Under the pieces are notes generated by a model. That model ran no database searches. It was not told the DNA's origin and saw nothing but the letters and a program-made list of their open reading frames with translations. Source: Bacteroidota bacterium (GTDB taxonomy: Bacteria > Bacteroidota > Ignavibacteria > Kryptoniales > JAKASW01). From it: a DNA stretch of 64,000 bases. A program made the position numbers and the translations under genes. Shown in pieces: positions 38,057-46,841 of this stretch (its first letter is position 1; every line of letters begins with the position of its first letter). The stretch covers positions 33,617 to 97,616 of the forward strand of contig JAKAGT010000016.1 in assembly GCA_021825585.1 (NCBI GenBank). Direction: 5' to 3'.

Positions 38057-41000
38057 ATGTCCTGTGCGAAGCGTCTCCTATCCATTTCAATCCTTATCGC
38101 CGCATCATGTGAAATTTTATTGCCTGCCCGTTCCTTCGGGCAGGTAAATTCATCATTAGAGTTTCAAGCATCCGATTCAGTTGTCGTCCGCATCTTCAGC
38201 GCGGATACACTCGTACATCTCCCCGACGAATTCGTAGTCCAGAACTCCGACCGGGTGGTTTGCGATTCCGTGGAATTGAAGCGGGGCCCGGACTACAGGA
38301 TCAACTACACTGCGGGCACGCTGAGGTTCGAACCAGGTGGGCCATTCTTCCGGAACCGCAGAGACTCGGTTTATGTCGTAAGTCTCTATTATGCCAGTTT
38401 CCCGTTTACGATGCCGACCGAATTTACCAATCACATAGTAATCGCGAAATATGATACTTCGTTCAAGAAGAAGGTAATGATGATCGAGCAGAGTGCTCCG
38501 ATCACGCCTGCAGAACTCTTCGGCAGCAACATCCAGAAAAGCGGGAGCATCGTGCGCGGTTTCACCATCGGATCCAACCAGGACCTGACACTCAACTCCG
38601 GTTTCCGGATGCAGCTTTCGGGACAGCTGACGAAGGACGTCCAGGTGACCGCGGCGCTGACGGACGAGTCGAGCCCGATCCAGCCCGAAGGAAATACGAG
38701 AACGCTCCAGGAGTTCGACAAGGTGTTCGTCACCATAAAATCCCCGCATATCATCGGCACACTCGGCGATTTCGACCTGACCGAAACCGGGACGGAATTC
38801 GGAGTCATAAACCGCAGGCTTCAGGGTGGAATGGGAACGGCGAACTATGGTCAGACATCCGTTATGATCAGCGGCGCCGTGAGCAGGGGGAAATTCCGAA
38901 CCCAGCAGATTGCGCCGATAGACGGCAGCCAGGGGCCTTACCAGCTTGTCGGGGACGATGGAAGTCCTAACATAATTGTGGTTGCGGGCACCGAGCATGT
39001 TTACCTCGACGGCGTTAAGATGGTTCGCGGCGAAACGAACGACTATGTTATAGACTATTCGAATGCTCAGATCACCTTCACTCCCAAACACCTCATTACT
39101 AACCTGAGCCGGATCTTCGTGGATTTCGAATATTCCGACGGGCAATTCCAGCGGACGTTTGCCGGGGGCGCGGCGAAGACGAAGGTGGCGAACAATAAGA
39201 TTGAGGTGGGTGTCTCTTACTTCCAGACGGGCGACGATCCTAACAGCTCACTCGGCGTGACGCTTGCGGATTCGGACAAGGCTCTCCTTGCAAAGGCCGG
39301 CAATAACAGGCTCGCTGCTTCGAGGAGCGGTGTGACCTACGTCGGACGCGACTCAATCACCGGGATCGGTAAGGGACAGTACCGTCTCGATTCGCTGATT
39401 GTCAACGGCAAGCCGTACTACATTTATAGGTTCGTACAGCCGACCGACACGAGTAACCTTGTAAATGCCGTCTACAACGTCGCCTTCTCAGAGGTAGGCA
39501 GCGGGGAGGGTGACTACCAGTCGGTCGGATTCGGTCAGTATAACTTTGTCGGTATTAATCAGGGATCCTACGCGCCGATCGTTGTCCTCCCGATGCCGCA
39601 GTTCCACCAGCTCGCGGATGTAAATACGAAATACCGGTTCAGCCGGGACGGTTCGGCGACACTCGAGTATGCAGCAAGCAGTTTCAACGCCAATACCCTC
39701 TCCTCGCTTCCCGGTGTCTCATCCAGCGGATACGCGGCCAAGTTCGGATTTGACTACTCTCCCAAGAACCTGAAGATCGGCGACATGGATGTCGGGGCTT
39801 TGAAGTTTGCGGAGATGACGAGGTACGAGAATGCCAATTTCGATCCGATGGACAGGGTCAACGACGTCGAGTTCAACAGGGAATGGGGAATAGACACACT
39901 TGTTGCCGCAGATGAGCTCCTGAACCAGGCACACCTGGATTTTACGCCGGCAATCAAGGAGGCCCGCCTGACGATAGGCGGAGATGTAGGGAGAATCACA
40001 CGAGGCTCCGGCTTCAGCTCCGGAAGATACTCCGGTGCAATTTCCTTCGGGGGAAATCCCGGAGCGAAAGGCGAGCCTGGCTGGATACCTTCCATCAATT
40101 ATCAGGCGACGCTCGTGGACAGCAGGGACAACGAGTTCTCAAATGCCGGGAGCTGGTTCAGGCAGAACGGCACGATCCAGTTTGCGGTATGGAAACTAAC
40201 CCCGGGGTTTCGATTCGAATCGGAAGACCGGCGTCTGGCTACGACCGGTACAGACTCCCTTTGGGCGAACTCGTATCGCTACCTCGAATACGGGCCGACA
40301 CTGGCCGTCGCGCAATTTTATAACGTCGACATCTCGGCACAGGTTTATGTGAGAAATGAGAGCGGCATCATCAACGGAGAACTCGTTCCATCATCCAATT
40401 CACTTACCGAACAGCTCACGATGCGGCTGAACCAGATCAGCAGCTTCTCTTCCAACCTGACATTAACGTACCGGAAGAAATCATACAGCGACAGTTTCAA
40501 GTCGCTCGGAAATTCGGACAATGAAGCGTTTCTGTCGAAGTGGGACGCCAACTACGCTCCGCTGAATCGCGGTCTCCAGGCAAACGTGTTTTATCAGGTC
40601 AATACCGAGCGTGCTGCAAGGCTCGAACAAATTTTCTGGAAGGTGCAGCCGGGCCAGGGTCAATACATCTGGATCGACGGAAATCATAACGGCCAGGTCG
40701 ACATTACGAATCCGCTCGATTTCCAGCAGGTCAACTTCAACGGCGACTACATTTTGCTGACAAGGCCGACCACGACGCTCTATCCGGTAATCGACCTGAA
40801 GACGAATTTCAGGATTGCCGTCACCCCGGAGAAGTTCATGGAGAAGAGCGGCGGGATAGTCAATGCAGTTCTGCGCTCCCTTTCATCGGTCACCTTCTGG
40901 CAAATCGCAGAGAATAACCAGACGACCAACGTCAGCAACATATATCTCCTTCATCTTTCGAAGTTTCTCAACGACAGCCTGACTATCAGCGGCAACCAGG

Positions 41001-41635
41001 TGCTCCAGCAGGATTTTTACGTCCTGCAGAACAACCGCGACTTTTCTCTCCGCCTGAGATTCCTGCAGAACAAGTCGCTGAACCAGTATTCGATAGCAAC
41101 GGAGCGCGGTTATACGCGCGAGCAGAGCATGAGGCTCAGGGCCAAGCTGTCCGATTTATTCTATGAGGAACTCGATCTGTCTTTGAACGACAACGATGTG
41201 TTCACCACATACACCGACCGTGCACACCAGATCAGCGGAAACAGTATCGCCTCGGAGCTCTCTTACCGTCCCAACATGAACGTGGAGTCTTCGTTCAAGA
41301 TAGAGATTTCGAAAGCGGTGGATGCTTCCCGGGCCGGCCTTACAAATTCCATGAATACGGAAGTGCTGAGTGTCGCTTATTCGATTCTGACGAGAGGCCG
41401 CGTCACGCTTCAGCTTGAACGGGACGAGATCTTGATTTCGAACGAGGAACCGAATGTCTATTTGCCGTTTGAATTGACACAGGGTTTTCTGCCCGGTCAG
41501 ACATACATTTGGCAGCTGGGTTTCGATTACAGGATAAACTCTTTCATACAGGCTAACGCAAGTTACAACGGGAGAAGCCAGGCAGGTGGGCCGCCAATCA
41601 ATACGATGACTGCGGAAGTAAGGGCATTCTTCTAG
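38057..41635 (+). CDS. large predicted outer-membrane beta-barrel protein, unknown function (possibly distantly SprA-like)
   Basis: 1192 aa with a signal peptide (LLSISILIAASCEILLPARSFGQ), alternating beta-strand-like composition rich in Y/G/N/S, and a C-terminal ...AEVRAFF typical of OMP termini. Repeated DY.I.Y..G.I.F motifs. No family was assigned with confidence. Confidence 0.8.
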   Translation: MSCAKRLLSISILIAASCEILLPARSFGQVNSSLEFQASDSVVVRIFSADTLVHLPDEFVVQNSDRVVCDSVELKRGPDYRINYTAGTLRFEPGGPFFRNRRDSVYVVSLYYASFPFTMPTEFTNHIVIAKYDTSFKKKVMMIEQSAPITPAELFGSNIQKSGSIVRGFTIGSNQDLTLNSGFRMQLSGQLTKDVQVTAALTDESSPIQPEGNTRTLQEFDKVFVTIKSPHIIGTLGDFDLTETGTEFGVINRRLQGGMGTANYGQTSVMISGAVSRGKFRTQQIAPIDGSQGPYQLVGDDGSPNIIVVAGTEHVYLDGVKMVRGETNDYVIDYSNAQITFTPKHLITNLSRIFVDFEYSDGQFQRTFAGGAAKTKVANNKIEVGVSYFQTGDDPNSSLGVTLADSDKALLAKAGNNRLAASRSGVTYVGRDSITGIGKGQYRLDSLIVNGKPYYIYRFVQPTDTSNLVNAVYNVAFSEVGSGEGDYQSVGFGQYNFVGINQGSYAPIVVLPMPQFHQLADVNTKYRFSRDGSATLEYAASSFNANTLSSLPGVSSSGYAAKFGFDYSPKNLKIGDMDVGALKFAEMTRYENANFDPMDRVNDVEFNREWGIDTLVAADELLNQAHLDFTPAIKEARLTIGGDVGRITRGSGFSSGRYSGAISFGGNPGAKGEPGWIPSINYQATLVDSRDNEFSNAGSWFRQNGTIQFAVWKLTPGFRFESEDRRLATTGTDSLWANSYRYLEYGPTLAVAQFYNVDISAQVYVRNESGIINGELVPSSNSLTEQLTMRLNQISSFSSNLTLTYRKKSYSDSFKSLGNSDNEAFLSKWDANYAPLNRGLQANVFYQVNTERAARLEQIFWKVQPGQGQYIWIDGNHNGQVDITNPLDFQQVNFNGDYILLTRPTTTLYPVIDLKTNFRIAVTPEKFMEKSGGIVNAVLRSLSSVTFWQIAENNQTTNVSNIYLLHLSKFLNDSLTISGNQVLQQDFYVLQNNRDFSLRLRFLQNKSLNQYSIATERGYTREQSMRLRAKLSDLFYEELDLSLNDNDVFTTYTDRAHQISGNSIASELSYRPNMNVESSFKIEISKAVDASRAGLTNSMNTEVLSVAYSILTRGRVTLQLERDEILISNEEPNVYLPFELTQGFLPGQTYIWQLGFDYRINSFIQANASYNGRSQAGGPPINTMTAEVRAFF

Positions 41636-41825
41636 AGTGCTTTTCATTAATTCTTTTTCATGATATTGTTTTACCTCATAATCGCGCGAAACGGCGAGCT
41701 GTCTGAAATGTCGGAGTAAACCAATCCGGTCATCATGATGTCTACATATATAGTCGCACCACTGAGGGAGAGCGGAGGAACGATAACCAACGTGATAGTG
41801 GGCGCGACAAAAAAGGAGGAACGTT

Positions 41826-42587
41826 ATGAATACGATCAGATTCAAATCCCTGGCAATCGCACTCTCGACGATTGGTGCGATAATATTGATGAGCCTTTCA
41901 GCACCAGCATTTGCGCAGAACCCAAAGAAATCCGACCACAAGATCAAGATTTACGTGGAATACAAACTTGCGAAAGACCACCTTATAACGGATCACAATA
42001 TACAAGTAGCAGTTGCAAACGGGAAAATCACGCTTACAGGCAACGTACCTACGCTCTACGACATAACACTGGCCAAGAAGGATGCGCGGAGTGTCGACAA
42101 TAATTATGCGGTGGTAGACGAATTGACGGCCGTTGCGCCTGAGGTACCCGATAGTCTTATCGCCCACGAAGTGATGCATAGAATCGAGACGCACGATTTC
42201 TACACCGTCTTCGACTGGGTTACCACCCACTCCAGCAACGGAGTTGTCACGCTTCGCGGTTGGGTAAACGCTCCATGGTACATTCGTCAGTATCAGAGCC
42301 AGGCTGAACGAGTGGTTGGAGTGCGTAAGGTCGTAAACGATCTGAAGACCGCAATCGGATCGGATTTCCTGAAATACAGGGCCTACAGGCTTATCTATAG
42401 CGATCCCTTCTACCAGGATTATGCGTTAGAAATGAACCCGCCGGTTCACGTCATCGTAAACGGTGCCAGCCTGATTCTCGAAGGGAAGGTCAATACATCG
42501 GGAGACAGAGGATATCTTGCGGACCTCATGAGATTCTACACGGATGCGCCCGTTGTGGTCGATCACCTTCAAGTAACATCCGACTAA
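41826..42587 (+). CDS. periplasmic BON-domain protein (OsmY-like)
   Basis: 253 aa with a signal peptide and three BON-like repeats (GKITLTGNVPTLYD, GVVTLRGWVNAPW, ASLILEGKVNTSGD). Confidence 0.8.
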   Translation: MNTIRFKSLAIALSTIGAIILMSLSAPAFAQNPKKSDHKIKIYVEYKLAKDHLITDHNIQVAVANGKITLTGNVPTLYDITLAKKDARSVDNNYAVVDELTAVAPEVPDSLIAHEVMHRIETHDFYTVFDWVTTHSSNGVVTLRGWVNAPWYIRQYQSQAERVVGVRKVVNDLKTAIGSDFLKYRAYRLIYSDPFYQDYALEMNPPVHVIVNGASLILEGKVNTSGDRGYLADLMRFYTDAPVVVDHLQVTSD

Positions 42588-42632
42588 ACGCAGCACTTTA
42601 ACATATAGATTCGACGCAAATCGAACGAACAC

Positions 42633-42656
42633 AAAGTGGGCCGCAAGGCCCGCTTT
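42633..42656 (+). terminator. possible terminator after the BON gene
   Basis: AAAGTGGGCC-GCAA-GGCCCGCTTT stem-loop. The U-tract is only the TTT within the stem end. Confidence 0.35.
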
Positions 42657-42723
42657 GCATACAGGGGTGCGGCTGCTTCGTCACTTAACTGCAGCTAAAG
42701 TTTCGGAACTATAGAAATCATTC

Positions 42724-42747
42724 ATCTGTTGAACCGGGTAAACAGAT
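42724..42747. promoter_or_regulatory. candidate ArsR/SmtB operator
   Basis: Perfect 7-bp inverted repeat ATCTGTT-N10-AACAGAT ending 10 nt before the arsR-family ATG. Confidence 0.4.
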
Positions 42748-42757
42748 CGGTGAGTGG

Positions 42758-43084
42758 ATGAAGGATGATTTCAGCCGGCAGGCGGTCAAGGTATTCAAGG
42801 CGCTCGGCGACCCGAACAGGTACAGCATAATGAAGTTACTCGTAGAGAAGGGCGAGCTCTCCTGTGCGGACTTTGACGGCAGGACGGTCCTTTCCAAACC
42901 GGCCATGTCGCACCATTACCGCATTCTCGGGAACGCCGGATTGATGGACGTTCGAAAAGAGGGGCTGCACTACTATATGAAGGCGAACGTACAGCTGCTT
43001 GAGCGATTCGTTCCGAAATTCATTGAAATGCATGTGAAACAAAAGACAGGTGGGCAGAACGTGCGTCCGGGGTCAAAGGAATAA
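42758..43084 (+). CDS. ArsR/SmtB family transcriptional regulator
   Basis: 108 aa with FKALGDPNRYSIMKLL and a wHTH pattern. Confidence 0.85.
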   Translation: MKDDFSRQAVKVFKALGDPNRYSIMKLLVEKGELSCADFDGRTVLSKPAMSHHYRILGNAGLMDVRKEGLHYYMKANVQLLERFVPKFIEMHVKQKTGGQNVRPGSKE

Positions 43085-43090
43085 TATTCA

Positions 43091-43130
43091 GCGGGCTTGT
43101 CCCGACGGGCCACGGCCGGGACGAACCCGC
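43091..43130. terminator. GC-rich hairpin between convergent genes
   Basis: GCGGGCTTGTCCCG - 12 nt - CGGGACGAACCCGC (11 of 14 pairs) between the arsR-family stop and the hybrid kinase stop. Confidence 0.45.
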
Positions 43131-43216
43131 AACTGTTTGAAATCGAATTATCCCCTCGGAATAACCTTTCTACCCGGCAGCCCGGAGGAGGGATTGCCTT
43201 TTGCCGACCATCCGGA

Positions 43217-44500
43217 TCAGGTCGGGTTCTGCGGGAGCGCTTTCAATGCCCAGTGGATCTTCGCCAACAGTTCCTCGGCCAGGTACGGCTTTGGCATGAA
43301 GTCTATCGCCCCGACCTCATAGGCCTGGGCCTTCACTTCCGGCTGAACGTAACCGCTGGCGGAAATTACCCTCACACGCGGATTTAGAATCATGAGCTTC
43401 GCAAGAACTTCACTCCCGCTCATTTTGGGAAGTCCCATGTCGAGGAGCACGAGGTCGATTCTGCTCAGATGTTCCATGTAGATGCGAAGGCCCTCTGACC
43501 CATCCGATGCCAGCAAGACTTTGTACCCGCTTTCCTCGAGAATTGTTTTCAGAAAATCCCTTAGAGGCTCTTCGTCCTCAATGGCAAGAATCACTTCGCC
43601 GGCGCCTCCTGGTGCCTCGGCTGTTTTATCTTCTTCCGACAACACCCCTGTTGTCTGAGGAAGGACCGGGAAATAAAGGGAAAATGCTGTACCCGTACCG
43701 ACTCTGCTTTCAACGCCCACGAATCCATTGTGGGCTTTCATAATCCAATCGACGACCGACAGCCCAAGGCCGGTGCCGTGCCCGTCCCTCTTTGTCGTGA
43801 AGAACGGCTCAAAAATATGCCCCAGCGCCTCCTTCTTTATTCCTGAACCTGAATCCGACACTTCAATTTGTACGTATCGGTCCGCTTCCGCTCCCCGAAA
43901 ACGAGCGTCGATGACCCCCCGTCCGACGCACTTAGCGGTGATTTCGATTGTTCCCGCGTCCGGCATTGCATCGCGGGCGTTCAAGCAAAGATTGAGCAGG
44001 GCTTGGTGAATCCGATTCGAGTCAGCCCGGATTACAGGGATGTCGGAATCGATCTGAATGCTGAAGCGGATCTTCTCGGGAAAGATCTCCTTCAGCAGCC
44101 CCGTGAGTTCTTCAATTACCTCGCCTATTTTGACACGCTCCGTTACGACCTCGACTTTCCGCGTGAACGTGAGAAGTTGCCTGGCAGTCTGAGCCCCGCG
44201 GTCAGTTGCCTTCTTCACGGCGTCGAAGCTCTTTGCAAACCGCTCCGGGTCTTCCCTCCACCTTTCCATGAGTGAGACGTGCCCGGAGATAACGTTCAGT
44301 ATGTTGTTGAAGTCGTGGGCGATTCCACCGACGAGCGTGCCCAGCGTCTCCAGCCTTTGCGACTGAAGGACATGGTCTTCCCAGCGTCGCGGACCTGTTT
44401 CATTTGTCGCGAGTCTCCCTTTTGAGAGGGCAAGGTCCGGGCGATCGAACTTCCCGATCTGATTTTCTTCCATGAATGTCTTCTTTCCTTTTCGGCACAT
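43217..44500 (-). CDS. hybrid sensor histidine kinase/response regulator lacking a recognisable sensor domain
   Basis: 427 aa with HisKA (GGIAHDFNNIL), HATPase_c (GTGLGLS) and a C-terminal REC (LLDMGLPKMSG). Only about 60 aa precede the H-box, and an in-frame stop lies 21 nt upstream of the first ATG. Confidence 0.85.
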   Translation of the reverse strand: MCRKGKKTFMEENQIGKFDRPDLALSKGRLATNETGPRRWEDHVLQSQRLETLGTLVGGIAHDFNNILNVISGHVSLMERWREDPERFAKSFDAVKKATDRGAQTARQLLTFTRKVEVVTERVKIGEVIEELTGLLKEIFPEKIRFSIQIDSDIPVIRADSNRIHQALLNLCLNARDAMPDAGTIEITAKCVGRGVIDARFRGAEADRYVQIEVSDSGSGIKKEALGHIFEPFFTTKRDGHGTGLGLSVVDWIMKAHNGFVGVESRVGTGTAFSLYFPVLPQTTGVLSEEDKTAEAPGGAGEVILAIEDEEPLRDFLKTILEESGYKVLLASDGSEGLRIYMEHLSRIDLVLLDMGLPKMSGSEVLAKLMILNPRVRVISASGYVQPEVKAQAYEVGAIDFMPKPYLAEELLAKIHWALKALPQNPT

Positions 44501-44990
44501 ACATCCTGCCTTCTGCGTTATTCAATCGCTTCCTATCACCGACAGGCTCCATCAGTCCTTGCGGGTACTTAACGCCGCAGGCGACCTGGATGCCTTTGTG
44601 TCCTCTTGTCCATATCCGATACCGACACTGACGGCAAAGCAGCCTTCGTCGTGATCGCACTCAAAGAGCAGTACTTCAATGACCTTATCATGACTTCGGC
44701 GGGATCCGAAGCCGCGAATCCGACGATGACTCAGCCCTCGTGCTGACGATGAAGCTATGGAGCTGATATTGAAATGTAGGTGCCACAAAAACCGGCCCCG
44801 CTCTGCCAGAGCTGTCCCGGCCGCCGGATCAAGCCGGCGTACGAGAAAAACCAGCCTCGTCAAAATGCAAACTCCTCTTTCCCGGAACGTTGAGTGTGAC
44901 TGCACTCGCCTGGGCAGGCTCTGGCTCGCGTTCTTGTAAACCAACAAGTTTGAACTCGCAACCGATATTACAGATTGCTCGTTCGGTGAT

Positions 44991-45098
44991 TCAGTCTGGT
45001 ACGCAAAGCAATGCGTTGCAGCCGAGGCAGTTTGTTCCTGGTTGCTGCTCGGTTTCGGGTTGCTGTACCTGTACCTTAGGGGCTACTACTACCTTCAT
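44991..45098 (-). CDS. candidate RiPP precursor peptide (35 aa, 3 Cys), unannotated sORF
   Basis: ATG 45098 is preceded by AAAGGAGGTG with a 6-nt spacer, 74 nt downstream of the rSAM/SPASM stop on the same strand. Translation: MKVVVAPKVQVQQPETEQQPGTNCLGCNALLCVPD, stop TGA 44993..44991. It is below the ORF-track length cut-off. Confidence 0.5.
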   Translation of the reverse strand: MKVVVAPKVQVQQPETEQQPGTNCLGCNALLCVPD

Positions 45099-45172
45099 CT
45101 GGTTCACCTCCTTTCCTTTTCTTTTATGTTTAGCATCCAATTAGTATCTCAAAATTGCCTTAAGGAGAGAGT

Positions 45173-46504
45173 CTAGTTTGTCCCCTCTTGTTGGGCGTTT
45201 TCTACGAACATCTTGATATCCTCTTTGTAAGGAGGGCAGACGGGATGGTTGGGAGTTCCATTTTCCCTCAATCTTAAAACTTCATTTTTGGGACAATGAG
45301 CGGAATTACATATCGGCAATACGGCACAACGGCGGCACTGTGGATACTTTTCGATGCTCGATTCGACCCAGAGGCTGAAGTTCTTTACGTCGAGATGGAT
45401 TGTCCCTTCAGCAGTAAGATGGCCCACCAGGTTTTCCGGCATCTCAAAAGCCGATGTGCACTTGTAAATCGAACCGTCTGGCCCTATGACGAGCGAATGT
45501 GGGTCTGCGGCGTAGCACATTCCCAGGGCAGGGTTCAAAAAGAGGTCGCTGTCATAAAGGTACAACCCGACTTCGCCGCATATGTCTACTATTTGCTTTC
45601 TAAGACTTCTGGTCTCGAAATTGGTAAGCAAATCAAACTGGCTCTTTCCCCACGTGGGTCTCACATAAAATCGCGCCCTCTTGTCGTCGCCGACGATATC
45701 CTTGACGATGCGGGCAAACTCCGGAACGGTCTTAAGGTTATCCCTGTCGACATTCATCCTCACGACGTACATGACTTCCGGATGGTCGGATTTTGCGATG
45801 TATCGCAGGTTGGAGATAACCTGGTCGAATGTCGGTCCCCCGGATTCGAGGATCCGGCGCTGATTGTGAAATTCTCTCGGACCGTCAATTGTAATCTGGT
45901 AGCGGAGTAATCGCCAATCCTTGACTGCCTCTTCGAACACCTCCGGCGTCAGGAGATAGCCGTTTGTTGTAATCGTCGCATTAAATGCGGCGTTATATTT
46001 GTCTGCCTCTCTGACTGCATGTTTTGAGATGTTTCTGATAACGTCAATCCCGAGAAGCGGTTCACCCCCGAACCATTCGATGGAAAATCCATTTACCCGT
46101 CCCATATTATTGGAGATGTAATCCTTCAATGCCTTCTGGATTTCCTCACTCATCTTCGGCTTCTGAAAGCTCTCGTAGCAGTACACGCACCGGAAATTAC
46201 ACTCTTCCGTCGGCATCACTATCAGGCTTACTCTGTCGGTGCTCTTCTGCCTCGCGTTGAACGAAGCGATGTAGTCGGGAATCTCGTTTGTATCTTCAGG
46301 GATTATGAACATTGCGTCTTTCAGTACCGGGAACCACTCATGATCGCTGAGTTGGAATGTCTCATGCCTCCAGGCCTCCTCAAATCCCGGAAATAAAGGA
46401 TCCGTGTTGGACAGCTCGACAATAGCCCCGGTCCTTGCGTTGAAGAGACGTGCGCCGTCTTCGGTCTTTACCGTTACATTGTAACGGCTCTTCTTATAGT
46501 TCAT
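45173..46504 (-). CDS. radical SAM/SPASM domain peptide-maturase-like enzyme
   Basis: CNFRCVYC (Cx3Cx2C) about 95 aa from the N-terminus. C-terminal SPASM pattern: CYAADPHSLVIGPDGSIYKC ... CRRCAVLPICNSAHC ... HPVC. The likely start is ATG 46504 (GGAGAG 5 nt upstream); the ORF track uses GTG 46519. Confidence 0.9.
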   Translation of the reverse strand: MNYKKSRYNVTVKTEDGARLFNARTGAIVELSNTDPLFPGFEEAWRHETFQLSDHEWFPVLKDAMFIIPEDTNEIPDYIASFNARQKSTDRVSLIVMPTEECNFRCVYCYESFQKPKMSEEIQKALKDYISNNMGRVNGFSIEWFGGEPLLGIDVIRNISKHAVREADKYNAAFNATITTNGYLLTPEVFEEAVKDWRLLRYQITIDGPREFHNQRRILESGGPTFDQVISNLRYIAKSDHPEVMYVVRMNVDRDNLKTVPEFARIVKDIVGDDKRARFYVRPTWGKSQFDLLTNFETRSLRKQIVDICGEVGLYLYDSDLFLNPALGMCYAADPHSLVIGPDGSIYKCTSAFEMPENLVGHLTAEGTIHLDVKNFSLWVESSIEKYPQCRRCAVLPICNSAHCPKNEVLRLRENGTPNHPVCPPYKEDIKMFVENAQQEGTN

Positions 46505-46537
46505 GGTCACTCTCCACACTTGTTAGTCACCTTGAAT

Positions 46538-46556
46538 AGTACTAATACCGTGCCGG
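46538..46556 (-). promoter_or_regulatory. sigma-54-like -24/-12 element upstream of the rSAM gene
   Basis: Minus strand cCGGCAC-GGTAT-TAGTac has correct GGCAC-N5 spacing but a weak -12 (TAGT versus TTGC). It lies 36 nt upstream of the ATG and downstream of an activator gene and palindromes. Confidence 0.35.
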
Positions 46557-46597
46557 GAAGGAGGCCCCGTAATTGAGTTATTTGCGGGGAATGGGTA

Positions 46598-46625
46598 TGG
46601 ATTTTCCAGAATTCTGGAAAATCCA
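46598..46625. promoter_or_regulatory. 28-bp perfect palindrome, candidate enhancer (UAS) for a sigma-54 activator
   Basis: TGGATTTTCCAGAATTCTGGAAAATCCA equals its own reverse complement. It sits about 60 bp upstream of the -24-like element. Confidence 0.5.
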
Positions 46626-46637
46626 GGCCTTTGCTTT

Positions 46638-46656
46638 CCAGATTTCCGGAATCTGG
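46638..46656. promoter_or_regulatory. second related inverted repeat
   Basis: CCAGATTTCCGGAATCTGG (CCAGA...TCTGG arms around a TTCCGGAA core) shares the TTCCAGA half-site with the 28-bp palindrome. A further TTCCAGG lies at 46658..46664. Confidence 0.4.
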
Positions 46657-46841
46657 CTTCCAGGAGCGAGTAGTTTTGCGGGGCGGGCAAGCTGCCGAAG
46701 TCAGGCTTCTAAGAACGGCCGGGTGTGATCCTTGTGGGGAGACATGAGTTATTGTTGGCGTCGGATGCGATCGGAATAAGAGATAACATGCTGCCTGAAC
46801 GGCAACACACGCTCCCAACGATTCATTCCGTACAGGAAAAC

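Noticed and set aside
44552-44947. 131-aa minus-strand ORF between the sORF and the hybrid kinase.
   Set aside because: It has Arg-rich composition and no motif. Its start lies upstream of a terminator-like element. At most it is decayed coding sequence, so it is reported as part of a finding rather than as a gene.
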